64,000 bases of DNA from Angustibacter luteus (GCF_039541115.1 NZ_BAABFP010000002.1:186001-250000); one strand, 5' to 3'. Shown: positions 1 through 9,973, counted from the first letter of the stretch. Numbers and translations: made by a program. The notes: generated from the letters alone by a model not told the origin.

Positions 1-819
1 CAACGCACCGCGGGCCATCAGCGTGGTGACGACCGGGATGTTCGTGTCGTCGACCAGCCTGCGCAGCTCGGGACTGGCCCCGGACCGGACGACGCCACCG
101 CCGACGTACAGCACCGGCCGGCTCGCCTCGGTGATGAGCCGGGCGGCCTCGCGCACCTGCTTGCCGTGCGGTCGGGTCACCGGTCGGTACCCGGGCAGGT
201 CGACCCGGTCCGGCCAGCTGAAGTGCGTCATCGCCTGCAGGGCGTCCTTGCTGATGTCGACCAGCACCGGTCCGGGACGTCCTGTGCCGGCGATGTGGAA
301 CGCCTCGGCGATGGCCTGCGGGATCTGGTCCGGGTCCGTCACGAGGTAGTTGTGCTTGGTGATCGGCATCGTGATGCCGCGGATGTCGGCCTCCTGGAAG
401 GCATCCGTGCCGATCGCCGCGGAGGCGACCTGGCCGGTGATCGCGACCATCGGCACCGAGTCCATGTAGGCGTCGGCGATCGGGGTGACGAGGTTCGTGG
501 CGCCCGGGCCGGACGTCGCCATGCAGACGCCGACCTTGCCGGTGGCGGCGGCGTACCCCTGGGCGGCGTGCCCGGCGCCCTGCTCGTGGCGGACCAGGAT
601 GTGCCGGACCGACGCCGAGTCCAGCAGAGGGTCGTAGGCCGGCAGGATCGCCCCGCCCGGGATGCCGAAGACGATCTCGACCCCGGCCTTCTCGAGCGAG
701 CGCACCAGGCTCTGCGCGCCGGTCATGGGCTGACGCCCCCGGGACAGCGTTCCCGCGACGTCCGCGGGGCTGGCGGACCGCCCGGTGTCACCCGGGGCGG
801 TATCACCGCTTGCGTTCAC
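1..819 (-). CDS. ilvB: Acetolactate synthase large subunit (N-terminal part; runs off the window edge)
   Basis: Not in the ORF track. The minus strand reads ...[34 protein letters not shown]...[14 protein letters not shown]...ATSGPGATN, the AHAS N-terminal TPP-binding signature. In-frame GTG at 819 follows GTGAGG; alternative ATG at 726. Confidence 0.95.
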   Translation of the reverse strand, partial: MNASGDTAPGDTGRSASPADVAGTLSRGRQPMTGAQSLVRSLEKAGVEIVFGIPGGAILPAYDPLLDSASVRHILVRHEQGAGHAAQGYAAATGKVGVCMATSGPGATNLVTPIADAYMDSVPMVAITGQVASAAIGTDAFQEADIRGITMPITKHNYLVTDPDQIPQAIAEAFHIAGTGRPGPVLVDISKDALQAMTHFSWPDRVDLPGYRPVTRPHGKQVREAARLITEASRPVLYVGGGVVRSGASPELRRLVDDTNIPVVTTLMARGAL

Positions 820-848
820 GACCTCACCTAGTTCCGTTCGAAGGGACG

Positions 849-886
849 AAAAAACCCCCCGGCCCGAATGGGCACACCGAGGGGTT
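849..886 (-). terminator. Attenuator terminator of the ilvB leader
   Basis: Minus strand AACCCCTCGG...CCGGGGGGTTTTTT: a GC stem plus U-tract between the leader peptide and ilvB. Confidence 0.85.
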
Positions 887-915
887 GCGCGCAGTCCGCT
901 GGGCTCTTGAGGCCC

Positions 916-954
916 TCAGACGGCGCGCCGCCTGAGTACGAGCGACGACAGCAT
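916..954 (-). CDS. ilvB leader peptide MLSSLVLRRRAV
   Basis: 12-codon Leu/Val-rich ORF after GAGGGTGG, directly upstream of the terminator. This matches actinobacterial ilvBNC attenuator architecture. Confidence 0.8.
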   Translation of the reverse strand: MLSSLVLRRRAV

Positions 955-1041
955 GCGTCCACCCTCGTCCGCACCTGCCGCCACGTCAACCGAGCCACCT
1001 CTTCGTCTCGCTATATGGACCAGCATCCCACCCACCGAACA

Positions 1042-1145
1042 CCCCCGCTTCCGCCACCCAGCCCGCTTTCCGCCGTCCACACCGCATTTCCGGCCGGAAA
1101 ACCGGCTTGGGTGGCGGAAACCGGGTTGGGTGGCGGAAGCGGGGG
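1042..1145. repeat. Long imperfect inverted repeat (REP-like family A), immediately after the ilvD stop
   Basis: CCCCCGCTTCCGCCACCCAGCCCGCTTTCCGCC ... GGCGGAAACCGGGTTGGGTGGCGGAAGCGGGGG; related to 34478-34559. Confidence 0.8.
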
Positions 1146-2840
1146 TCAGTCGCAGACGGCGCCGCGGGCCGCCGAGCCGACCAGCTTCGAGTACTTCGCC
1201 AGGACGCCGCGCTGGTGCTTGGGCGCCGGCGCGGACCAGCCCGTACGACGCTCCCCCATCTCGGCGTCGTCCACCAGCAGGTCCAGCGTGCCGGCGCTGA
1301 CGTCCAGGCGGATCCGGTCGCCGTCCCGGACGAACGCGATCGGTCCGCCGTCCACCGCCTCGGGTGCCACGTGCCCGACGCACAGCCCGGTCGTGCCGCC
1401 GCTGAACCGGCCGTCGGTGAGCAGCAGCACGTCCTTGCCCAGACCGGCGCCCTTGATCGCCCCGGTCACCGCGAGCATCTCGCGCATCCCCGGGCCGCCC
1501 TTCGGGCCCTCGTACCGGATGACGCACACGTCGCCTGCGGTGAGCGTGCCGTCGGACACGGCGTCCATCGCGGCCCGCTCGCCGTCGAAGACCCGCGCCG
1601 TGCCCTCGAAGACGTCCTCGTCGAAACCGGCCGACTTCACCACGGCGCCCTCGGGAGCCAGCGAACCCGCCAGGATCGTGATTCCGCCGGTGCGGTGGAT
1701 CGGCTCGGACATCGCCCGTAGCACCTTGCCGTCGACGTCCGGCGGCGCGATCTCGGCGAGGTTCTCGGCCATGGTGCGGCCGGTGACCGTCAGCACGTCC
1801 CCGTGCAGCAGGCCGGCGTCGAGCAGCGCCCGCATCACGACGGGCACGCCGCCGACGTGGTCGACGTCCTTCATCACGTACTGCCCGAACGGCTTCACGT
1901 TCGCCAGGTGCGGCACGCGGGCACCGATCCGGCGGAAGTCGTCCAGGGACAGGTCGACGTGCGCCTCGTGCGCGATCGCCAGCAGGTGCAGCACCGCGTT
2001 GGTCGAGCCACCGAAGGCCATCACCACCGCGATCGCGTTCTCGAAGGCCTCCTTGGTCATGATCTGGCGGGCCGTGATGCCCTGCCGCAGCATCTCGACC
2101 GCGGCCACGCCGGAGCGCCGCGCGTACCCGTCGCGCCGACGGTCGACGGCCGGCGGCGCGGCGCTGCCCGGCAGCGACATGCCGAGCGCCTCGGCCGCAC
2201 TCGCCATGGTGTTCGCGGTGTACATGCCACCGCAGGCCCCTTCGCCGGGGCAGATCGCACGCTCGATGGCGTCGACGTCGGAACGCGGGATCAGCCCGCG
2301 AGCGCACGCTCCCACGGCCTCGAACGCGTCGATGATCGTGACCTCGCGCTCGCTGCCGTCGGACAGCTTCGCGATCCCCGGCAGGATCGACCCGGCGTAG
2401 AGGAACACGCTCGACAGGTCCAGCCGGGCCGCGGCCATCAGCATGCCCGGCAACGACTTGTCGCAGCCGGCCAGCAGGACCGAGCCGTCCAGCCGCTCCG
2501 CCTGCATCACCGTCTCGACGCTGTCCGCGATCACCTCGCGGGACACCAGCGAGTAGTGCATGCCCTCGTGGCCCATGGAGATGCCGTCGGACACCGAGAT
2601 CGTGCCGAACTCCAACGGGTAGCCGCCGGCCGCGTGCACGCCCTCCTTCACCGCCACCGCCAGCCGCTGCAGCGACAGGTTGCACGGGGTGATCTCGTTC
2701 CAGCTGCTGGCGACGCCGATCTGCGGCTTGGCGAAGTCGTCGTCGCCCATGCCGACCGCGCGCAGCATGCCGCGGGCGGCGGCCTTCTCCAGGCCGTCGG
2801 TGACGTCGCGACTGCGGGGCTTGATGTCCGGGGTGGTCAT
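1146..2840 (-). CDS. ilvD: Dihydroxy-acid dehydratase
   Basis: Motifs [52 protein letters not shown] at 2840 lies 7 nt after TAGACT. Confidence 0.97.
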   Translation of the reverse strand: MTTPDIKPRSRDVTDGLEKAAARGMLRAVGMGDDDFAKPQIGVASSWNEITPCNLSLQRLAVAVKEGVHAAGGYPLEFGTISVSDGISMGHEGMHYSLVSREVIADSVETVMQAERLDGSVLLAGCDKSLPGMLMAAARLDLSSVFLYAGSILPGIAKLSDGSEREVTIIDAFEAVGACARGLIPRSDVDAIERAICPGEGACGGMYTANTMASAAEALGMSLPGSAAPPAVDRRRDGYARRSGVAAVEMLRQGITARQIMTKEAFENAIAVVMAFGGSTNAVLHLLAIAHEAHVDLSLDDFRRIGARVPHLANVKPFGQYVMKDVDHVGGVPVVMRALLDAGLLHGDVLTVTGRTMAENLAEIAPPDVDGKVLRAMSEPIHRTGGITILAGSLAPEGAVVKSAGFDEDVFEGTARVFDGERAAMDAVSDGTLTAGDVCVIRYEGPKGGPGMREMLAVTGAIKGAGLGKDVLLLTDGRFSGGTTGLCVGHVAPEAVDGGPIAFVRDGDRIRLDVSAGTLDLLVDDAEMGERRTGWSAPAPKHQRGVLAKYSKLVGSAARGAVCD

Positions 2841-2863
2841 GAGCCGGAGTCTAGGACTCGCCG

Positions 2864-3721
2864 TCAACCGTTGACGATGCGGGCGAGGAGGCCGCGCAGG
2901 TCGTCGTTCGCCTCCACCCCCAGTCGCTGCACGATGTCGGCCTGCATCGCGTCGGCCTGGGCCTGCGCACCGTCCAGCAGCTCGCGACCTTCGGCGGTCA
3001 GCCGGACGTCACTGATCCGGCGGTCGTCCGCGTTGCGCTCCCGGGTCAGCAGGCCGCGCGTCTCCAGCGCCTCCAGGGCGGGCAGGACGGCCGGGTCGCT
3101 GACGCCGAGAACGGCCGCCAGGTGGCTCTGTGAACACGGCTCGTCGCGTCCGACGACCGACAGCAGACCGAAGTTGCGTGGGTGCAGGTCGAACTGGCGC
3201 AGCGCCGCCTGGGCTCGCTCACGGCTGCGCCGGTGCGCGTGCCGCACCAGGTAGCCGACGCGCTCCGCCAAGGCGGTGACCTGCAGGGCGGGGTCGTCGC
3301 CCAGCAGCACGCTCAGGTGCCGGCGAAGCCGGGCCACCTCGTCCTCGCTCAGGTCGGCGGTCAGCCGGCGCTCGCTGCGGTCCAGGTCGCGGGTGGCGCG
3401 GCGCAGCGCCGCCCGGCCCGCCCCGGTCAGCCGCAACGCGTAGGACCGGCGGTCCTCGACCTTGCGCTCGCGCACCACCCAGCCGCGAGCGCCGAGCGAG
3501 TCGACCAGGCCGACCATCACGGTCGGCGAGATGTGGGTCAGCTCGGCGACCTCCCGCTGGGAGAGCGCCCCGTGCTCGTCGAGGATGAACAGCACGGCGA
3601 CCTCCCGCATCCGGGCGTCGTCCCCCAGACAGCTCGCCTCGACGCCGACCGTGGCGACGTAGGCCCGGCGCAGCAGGAAGCCGGTGTACGTGCGCAGGTC
3701 GCGTCGCTGCGGCCCAGCCAC
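2864..3721 (-). CDS. Tandem double-MarR transcriptional regulator
   Basis: Two wHTH repeats (SQREVAEL...[18 protein letters not shown]...[10 protein letters not shown]); GGAGG RBS. Confidence 0.88.
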   Translation of the reverse strand: MAGPQRRDLRTYTGFLLRRAYVATVGVEASCLGDDARMREVAVLFILDEHGALSQREVAELTHISPTVMVGLVDSLGARGWVVRERKVEDRRSYALRLTGAGRAALRRATRDLDRSERRLTADLSEDEVARLRRHLSVLLGDDPALQVTALAERVGYLVRHAHRRSRERAQAALRQFDLHPRNFGLLSVVGRDEPCSQSHLAAVLGVSDPAVLPALEALETRGLLTRERNADDRRISDVRLTAEGRELLDGAQAQADAMQADIVQRLGVEANDDLRGLLARIVNG

Positions 3722-3763
3722 GGCACCTCCTCGGGACGCGCGTCGTCGATCCGTCGTGGATCC

Positions 3764-3800
3764 CAGGGTTGACCCTGAGGCGGCTCAGGGGTTCACCTGA
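3764..3800. promoter_or_regulatory. Tandem palindromic operator-like sites between divergent marR and mmpL
   Basis: CAGGGTTGACCCTGA (3764-3778) and CAGGGGTTCACCTGA (3786-3800) at a 22-bp period, followed by AT-rich TTAATGGTTAACC. Confidence 0.55.
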
Positions 3801-3903
3801 TTAATGGTTAACCTAGTTGACGATCCACTCTCTGCATCCTACGTTGCACTCATCGCCCAGGCCGGCTCCCGGCCGAGGCACGTCACGTCGCTGGGGGACC
3901 ACC

Positions 3904-6051
3904 GTGGAGCGTCTAGCCCGCCTCGTCATCAGGCATCGTCGCATCGTCTTCGGGCTGTGGCTCGTGCTCTTCCTGGCCGGCGGTTTCGCCGCAGGCAAGG
4001 TGCCGGACCGCCTCGGCATCGACTTCTCCCTGCCCGGGCAGCCGGGCGACACTGCCGAGAAGCACCTGGTCGAGGCCTACGGCACCAGCTCGTACGACAC
4101 GTTCATCGCGGTCGTGACCGTGCCCGAGGGGCAGACCGTCGAGGCGAACAAGGACCAGATCGCCAAGATCTTCACCGACGCCGGAGCGGTCTTCCCCAAG
4201 GTCCGGCTGGTCGACCTGGCCAGCACGGGAGACCCGGCGTTCGTCTCGGACGACCACCGCACGACGTTCGCGCTGATGCAGGGTCCGCAGCCGACGTCCT
4301 TCGCACCCGGTCCGGAGGCCAACCTTCGACCCGCCCTGGAGCAGGCGGCGAAGGCGAGCGGGTTCACGACGGGGGTGACGTCGTACGGGCTGCTGTCGGC
4401 GGGCAACAGCAGCAACGAGGGGCCGAGCGTCCTGGCCGAGACGATGTTCGGTGCGCTGGGCGCGCTGGTCGTGCTGATCTTCGTCTTCGCGTCCTTCCTG
4501 GCCCTCCTGCCGTTGGTGATCGCCGCCGTCTCGATCCTGACGACGTTCCTGCTCGTGCTGGGACTGACGACGTTCAGCGACGTCAGCTTCGTGGTGCAGT
4601 TCCTCATCGCGCTGATCGGCCTGGGCGTCGCGATCGACTACTCGCTGCTGGTGGTGTCGCGCTGGCGGGAGGAACGTGCGCACGGTCACGACAACGAGAC
4701 GGCGGTCATCATCGCCATGAAGACGGCCGGGCACGCGGTCCTCGCCTCCGGCGTGACCGTGGCGATCAGCCTGGTCGCGCTGGTCGTCGTGCCGGTGCCG
4801 TTCCTGCGCAGCATGGGCGTCGGCGGCATGCTCATCCCGCTGGTCAGCGTGGCCGTCGTGCTGACGCTCCTGCCGGCGATGCTGACCACCATCGGGCCGC
4901 GGGTGGACTGGCCGCGCATCCGCCACGAGGGCACCGCGAGCAAGGCCTGGACCGCCTGGGCCAAGCTCATCGTGCGCCGTCGCTGGATCGCCGCCGGGGT
5001 CGCCACGCTCATCCTGGGCCTGCTGATCGCCCCGGTCTTCTCGCTGAAGATCGGCCAGGCCGGGATCGAGTCGCTGGCCAGCAACGGCCCGGCGTACGAC
5101 ACCTTGGCGACGCTGCGGGCCGGCGGGATCGAGTCCGGCGTGACCACGCCCATCGTGGTGCTGGTGCCACCGGACCAGGCGCAGGCGGCCGCCGATGCGG
5201 CCGCCAAGGTGGACGGTGTGCAGTTCGCCGTCGTCGGTGGGGACGCACCGACGCTGGGGGTCGTCGACGTCATCCCGACGAAGGAGACCGTCGACAGCTC
5301 GAGCAACAAGGTGGTCGACGAGGTCCGCAGCGCGGTCGAGGGTGTGGTCGACGGCGACGTGGGGATCACGGGAGCCGGGGCCACGGTCGGCGACTACTTC
5401 AGTGCCGTCTACGACAAGTTCCCCTACGTCATGGCGCTGATCGCGCTGATCACGTTCGTGCTGCTGATGCGCACGTTCCGCTCGGTGCTGCTGCCGATCA
5501 AGGCCGTCCTGCTGAACCTGCTGTCGCTGGCTGCCGTGTTCGGTGCCATCACCTGGTTCTGGCAGATGGGCCACGGTTCGCAGGCCGTCTTCAACATCTC
5601 TGCCACCGGCGCCCTGACGTTCTGGCTCCCGGTGATCATCTTCGCGTTCCTGTTCGGGCTGTCGATGGACTACGAGGTGTTCATCCTGGCCCGGATGCGC
5701 GAGGAGTACGACGCCTGCGGGAACACGAACGAAGCGGTCGTCGTCGGGCTGGCCCGGACCGGTCGCCTGGTGACGTCGGCCGCGCTGATCCTGTTCTTCG
5801 CCTTCGCCGCGCTCGCGTCGTCGCCCGGCACCGACATCAAGGTGATGGGCACGGCGCTGGGTGTCGGCATCCTGATCGACGCCACGATCGTCCGGGCCCT
5901 GCTGGTGCCGGCGCTGGTGAGTCTCTTCGGCGCGTACAACTGGTGGCTACCCGCCGGCCTGGCGAAGATCCTGCGGGTCGAGCCGTCGCCGTTGCGGCCG
6001 GAGCGGGCCGTCGCCGAGCCCGACGAGGAGCCCGCCCCCGTCTCGGTGTGA
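3904..6051 (+). CDS. MMPL (RND superfamily) transporter
   Basis: About 12 TM segments; LGVAIDYSLLVVSRWREE and FGLSMDYEVFILARMREEY motifs; GTG start chosen after GGGGA. Confidence 0.93.
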   Translation: MERLARLVIRHRRIVFGLWLVLFLAGGFAAGKVPDRLGIDFSLPGQPGDTAEKHLVEAYGTSSYDTFIAVVTVPEGQTVEANKDQIAKIFTDAGAVFPKVRLVDLASTGDPAFVSDDHRTTFALMQGPQPTSFAPGPEANLRPALEQAAKASGFTTGVTSYGLLSAGNSSNEGPSVLAETMFGALGALVVLIFVFASFLALLPLVIAAVSILTTFLLVLGLTTFSDVSFVVQFLIALIGLGVAIDYSLLVVSRWREERAHGHDNETAVIIAMKTAGHAVLASGVTVAISLVALVVVPVPFLRSMGVGGMLIPLVSVAVVLTLLPAMLTTIGPRVDWPRIRHEGTASKAWTAWAKLIVRRRWIAAGVATLILGLLIAPVFSLKIGQAGIESLASNGPAYDTLATLRAGGIESGVTTPIVVLVPPDQAQAAADAAAKVDGVQFAVVGGDAPTLGVVDVIPTKETVDSSSNKVVDEVRSAVEGVVDGDVGITGAGATVGDYFSAVYDKFPYVMALIALITFVLLMRTFRSVLLPIKAVLLNLLSLAAVFGAITWFWQMGHGSQAVFNISATGALTFWLPVIIFAFLFGLSMDYEVFILARMREEYDACGNTNEAVVVGLARTGRLVTSAALILFFAFAALASSPGTDIKVMGTALGVGILIDATIVRALLVPALVSLFGAYNWWLPAGLAKILRVEPSPLRPERAVAEPDEEPAPVSV

Positions 6052-6066
6052 GGGACGTCGTCCACG

Positions 6067-6112
6067 AGACGTGGCAACCTCGCATCGCCCGTGATGCGAG
6101 GTTGCCACGATC
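6067..6112. repeat. 46-bp palindromic element, family B copy 1 (possible terminator after mmpL)
   Basis: CGTGGCAACCTCGCATC-N6-GATGCGAGGTTGCCACG with perfect 17-bp arms; same termini as 36700-36745 and 44604-44649. Confidence 0.85.
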
Positions 6113-6152
6113 GGGTCAGGTGCGGGGCTGGTGGCTCGCGCGGCGACGGTCC

Positions 6153-6189
6153 TGTCGGATCCGATGCGACCCGTTCGTCGTACAGGTGA
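6153..6189 (+). promoter_or_regulatory. Putative ECF-sigma promoter motif, copy 1
   Basis: TGTCGGATCCG-N7-CCGTTCGT-N5-AGGTGA; the same blocks and spacing occur at 8389-8425 (-). Confidence 0.65.
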
Positions 6190-6241
6190 GCGGCGGCCGC
6201 GGTCGGTCGCCGTACCGAAGGTCCCCTCGTAAGGAACGCCG

Positions 6242-6868
6242 ATGTCCAAGGTCGTCGCCATCATGTCCATGTCCCTCGACGGGTACGTCGCCGACCCCGA
6301 CGACGGGGTGGCCGAGGTGTTCGACTGGTACGTCAGCTCGGGTGACGTCGAGATCCGCACCGGCGGGTCGGACCCGATGACGTTCACCATGTCCGAGCCC
6401 AGCGCCGAGCACTTCGACGCCCTCACCTCCCGGCTCGGCGCGGTGCTCACCGGTCGGCGCACCTTCGACGTCGCGCAGGGCTGGGGCGGAAACCACGCGT
6501 GGGGCCCGGCCTTCGTGCTGACCCACCATGTGCCCACCGGATGGCCGCGCCCCGACTCGACGGTCAGCTTCGTGACCGACGGCATCGAGAGCGCGGTGGC
6601 GCAGGCCAAGGCCGCTGCCGCCGGGAGGTCCGTCGGGGTCCACGGCGCCGACACCATCCAGCAGTGCCTGAACGCCGGACTCCTCGACGAGCTCAACATC
6701 GACCTGACGGCCGTGCTCCTCGGTGCCGGAGTGCGCCTCTTCGACCACCTCGCCGGCACGCCAGCCGTCCTGGGCACGCCGACCGTGATCCAGGGCGTCG
6801 GCGTGACGCACCTGCGCTACCCGGTTCGCGGGAGCGCGGGCCGGCCCGTCACCGACGGGTCGCAGTAG
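6242..6868 (+). CDS. Dihydrofolate reductase / RibD C-terminal domain protein
   Basis: MSMSLDGYVA, GRRTFD, GADTIQQCLNAGLLDE, LLGAGVRLF. Confidence 0.88.
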   Translation: MSKVVAIMSMSLDGYVADPDDGVAEVFDWYVSSGDVEIRTGGSDPMTFTMSEPSAEHFDALTSRLGAVLTGRRTFDVAQGWGGNHAWGPAFVLTHHVPTGWPRPDSTVSFVTDGIESAVAQAKAAAAGRSVGVHGADTIQQCLNAGLLDELNIDLTAVLLGAGVRLFDHLAGTPAVLGTPTVIQGVGVTHLRYPVRGSAGRPVTDGSQ

Positions 6869-6887
6869 GTTCGAGGGGCTGGTCGCG

Positions 6888-6998
6888 ATGAACCCGCTCA
6901 CGCTCGACGAACATCCGATGCATGCTGGGCGTGCCCACGTGCTCGCGTTCGGAGCCCTGGTCCTGCTCTGCGTGATGACGGTGCTCCTCAGTCGCTGA
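6888..6998 (+). CDS. Candidate 36-aa single-TM small protein
   Basis: MNPLTLDEHPMHAGRAHVLAFGALVLLCVMTVLLSR*, preceded by GAGGGG and filling an intergenic gap. Confidence 0.35.
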   Translation: MNPLTLDEHPMHAGRAHVLAFGALVLLCVMTVLLSR

Positions 6999-7077
6999 CC
7001 GGCCCCGTCGTCCGTGCGCTGCGACCTTGTGGCAGTGTCGTCCCCGTCCCGACGTTCCAGCGAGAGGGTCATCGAGC

Positions 7078-7932
7078 GTGTCGACTTCCGTGCACGAGCC
7101 ACGCCAGCTGACCCTGATGGCGGTCCACGCCCACCCCGATGACGAGGCGACCGGGACCGGCGGTGTGCTGGCTCGGTACGCCAGCGAAGGCATCCGGACC
7201 GTGTTGGTGACCTGTACGGACGGCCGTTGCGGGGACGGCCCCGGCGGCGTCAAGCCGGGCGAGCCCGGGCACGAGCCGGCCGCCGTCGCGGACGCCCGTC
7301 GCCTCGAGCTCGAGGAGAGCTGCCGGTTGCTGCAGGTCAGCGATCTCGAGCTCCTGGACTACGCCGACTCAGGAATGGTCGGCTGGTCCACCAACGACGC
7401 GCCGGGATCGTTCTGGACCACTCCCGTGGCCGAGGCGGCCGCCCGGCTCAGCGGCCTCATGCTGCACTACCGGCCCGACGTGGTGGTCACCTACGACGAG
7501 AACGGCTTCTACGGTCACCCCGACCACATCCAGGCCCATCGGGTGACGATGGCTGCGGTGGCCGAGAGTGGTATCCGGGCCAAGGTGTACTGGACGACGG
7601 CACCGCGCTCGGGTCTGGAGGAGATGTTCCGGATCTTCCGAGAGTTCGAGCCGGAGCTCGCCGAGGCTGCGGCGGAGGGGCAGGGGGACGAGCTGCCCGA
7701 CGACTTCGGCTTGCCGGACGACCAGATCTCGACGTGGGTCGACACCGCTCCGTTCGCTCGCCAGAAGTACGAGGCGCTGGCCGCCCACGCCAGCCAGACG
7801 GAGAACATCGCCTTCCTGCGGATGGGCCTGGAGCGCTTCTCGCAGCTGATGAGTACCGAGACGTTCGTGCGCGTGCAGGACCACACCGACAGCCCACTCC
7901 CGGAGGACGACCTCTTCGCCGGACTGCGCTGA
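7078..7932 (+). CDS. PIG-L family deacetylase (Mca/MshB-like)
   Basis: VHAHPDDE, YADSGM, YDENGFYGHPDHI, ALAAHASQ motifs. Confidence 0.9.
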   Translation: MSTSVHEPRQLTLMAVHAHPDDEATGTGGVLARYASEGIRTVLVTCTDGRCGDGPGGVKPGEPGHEPAAVADARRLELEESCRLLQVSDLELLDYADSGMVGWSTNDAPGSFWTTPVAEAAARLSGLMLHYRPDVVVTYDENGFYGHPDHIQAHRVTMAAVAESGIRAKVYWTTAPRSGLEEMFRIFREFEPELAEAAAEGQGDELPDDFGLPDDQISTWVDTAPFARQKYEALAAHASQTENIAFLRMGLERFSQLMSTETFVRVQDHTDSPLPEDDLFAGLR

Positions 7933-7980
7933 GCCTGGGAGACCGCGCGGACGTGACCGTCGACCGCCGACCGCTCTCGG

Positions 7981-8349
7981 TCAGGTCTGCGTCTCGGCCT
8001 GGGGCTGCGGCTTGAACCGACGAATCTCGTGGGGCCACCCACAAGCCTGCGCGATCTTGCCACCCCACATCGTGGCCGCCTCGTCGTCCGCGACGTCGAC
8101 CACGGCGAAGCCGCCCAGGAACTCCTTGGTCTCGACGTACGGGCCGTCGGTGACCACCAAGCTGCCGCTGGTGCTGTCGGCGGTGTAGACCGGACCGTCC
8201 TCCTCCTCCAGCCCCCCGGCGAAGACGTACACGCCGGCCGCCTTCATCTCGGCGATCACCGCCTTCGCGAGCGGTCCGCGCCCTCGGAACCACTCCTCGG
8301 TGTGCTCGCCAACCCACTGCTGGTTGAAGTACAAGAGGTACTCCGGCAT
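7981..8349 (-). CDS. YciI/DGPF family protein
   Basis: VTDGPYVETKEFLGGF...HEIRRF; GAGGAG RBS. Confidence 0.88.
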   Translation of the reverse strand: MPEYLLYFNQQWVGEHTEEWFRGRGPLAKAVIAEMKAAGVYVFAGGLEEEDGPVYTADSTSGSLVVTDGPYVETKEFLGGFAVVDVADDEAATMWGGKIAQACGWPHEIRRFKPQPQAETQT

Positions 8350-8388
8350 GACCGCTCCTCCTCGTTGGGCGGACCCTGTGGTCCGCGT

Positions 8389-8425
8389 TCACCTACCCCA
8401 CGAACGGCGAGGGGCGGATCCGACA
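8389..8425 (-). promoter_or_regulatory. Putative ECF-sigma promoter motif, copy 2
   Basis: Minus strand TGTCGGATCCG-N7-CCGTTCGT-N5-AGGTGA upstream of yciI. Confidence 0.65.
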
Positions 8426-8454
8426 CGATCCTGCCGCAGATGTTCCACCAGTCG

Positions 8455-9332
8455 TCACCGACGCAGCTCGGCCACCTCACCCAGGCGCTCGAGCTTGTGC
8501 GGATTGCGCATCGCGTAGATCTGGGTGATCCGGCCGCCCTCGATGACGAAGGACACAGCCGTGTCGTTCTCACCGCCGGGGTCGATGCGCGCCGCGATGC
8601 TGCCGTTGAGATCGACGAGGAAGGCTCGGGCACCGGGCGCGGCCTCCGCGAAGCCGGCCATCACCGGCGCGAGCCTCGCGGCCCCTCGGACCGGCTTCGG
8701 GATCGTGGGGGCCAGCCCGCCGCCGTCGCCCACGACGAGGACGTCGGGAGCCATCACGGCGAGCAGACCCGGCACGTCACCGCTGGTCAGCGCGGCGAGG
8801 AACCGCGCGACGACCTGTTCCTGCTCACTGCGGCTCACCGACATACGAGGCCGACGCGCGGCGACGTGCTTGCGCGCCCGCGTCGCGATCTGGCGCACCG
8901 CCGCTGGCGTCTTGTCCAGCGCCTCGGCGATCTCGCCGTACGGCACGTCGAACACCTCGCGGAGCACGAAGACCGCGCGCTCGGTCGGGACCAGCGTCTC
9001 GAGCACGGCCAGCATGGCAATCGACACGCTCTCGGCGAGCTCGACGTCCTCGGCGACGTCCGGGCTGGTCATCACCGGCTCGGGCAACCACTCGCCACGT
9101 ACTCCTCGCGCTGCCGCGCGAGGGTGCGAAACCGGTTGAGGCACAGGCGGGTCACGATCCGCACGAGGTACGCCCGGGGGTCCCGCACCTCGCCGCGCTC
9201 CGCGTCGGCCAGGGCCGCCCACCGCAGCCACGTCTCCTGCACCACGTCCTCGGCGTCGGCGGCCGAGCCGAGCATCTCGTAGGCGACGGTGAACAGCAGG
9301 CTCCGGTGGGCGACGAAGGGGTCCTCGCTCAT
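8455..9332 (-). pseudogene. ECF41/SigJ-family sigma factor with a single frameshift near 9096
   Basis: N-terminal half MSEDPF...DAEDVVQETW...REEYV is in one frame; GEWLPEP...SnoaL-like DGGG...RNPHKL continues in another. Junction GTGGCGAGTGG lacks one base. Confidence 0.85.
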
Positions 9333-9919
9333 GACGCGGACGCTACTCCCGGCCGCTCGGCCAGCGGCTTCAGGCCGCACGCGGCAGCGAACCCGTCCGA
9401 CTCGATGCCGAGCGCCACGTTGCCCCGCGTGGTCAGGTTCGCGAACGCGATCACCGAGGTGAGCTCGACCACTCCGGCCGGCCCCAGCTGGGCGAGCAGG
9501 CGGGCCACCTGCTCGTCGGTCACGGTCGGCGGGGTCTGGGTCATCGCCTCCGCGTACTCCAGGACGTCACGCTCCACGGACGTGAACACGTCCACCTCCC
9601 GCCACCGTGGGACCTCACGTGCCTTGTCCACGTCGAGCCCCTTGTTCCGGGCCTCGAAGTAGTTGAAGTCCAGGCACCACGTGCAGCCGACCAGGGACGC
9701 GACCGCCATGTGGGCCAAGGACTTCAGGCCCTCGTCGCAGGCGTCCCACTTCTGCAGCCTGCCACCGAGCGCGGAGGTGGCGAAGAGCACCTGGGGGTTG
9801 TGCCAGTAGACGCCTAGCGACGTCGGCACCTGGCCCAGCTTCTTCTGGATCATGCGCTTGATCAGCGCGCCCTTGACACCGGTGATCTCGGCTGGGGGGA
9901 TGCGGGTCGTGTGGTCCAT
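9329..9919 (-). CDS. Carboxymuconolactone decarboxylase/AhpD-like protein
   Basis: VASLVGCTWCLD CxxC motif; stop overlaps the sigma start (ATGA); typical ECF41 partner. Confidence 0.87.
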   Translation of the reverse strand: MDHTTRIPPAEITGVKGALIKRMIQKKLGQVPTSLGVYWHNPQVLFATSALGGRLQKWDACDEGLKSLAHMAVASLVGCTWCLDFNYFEARNKGLDVDKAREVPRWREVDVFTSVERDVLEYAEAMTQTPPTVTDEQVARLLAQLGPAGVVELTSVIAFANLTTRGNVALGIESDGFAAACGLKPLAERPGVASAS

Positions 9920-9973
9920 GTCTGCTCCCGGGTCGCTGGCTGTGCCGGCCGGGTTGGTCGACACAGCCATGAA

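Noticed and set aside
916..2685. 589-aa ORF overlapping ilvD
   Set aside because: Arg/Gly-rich off-frame translation; only its last 12 codons (the leader peptide) are credible.
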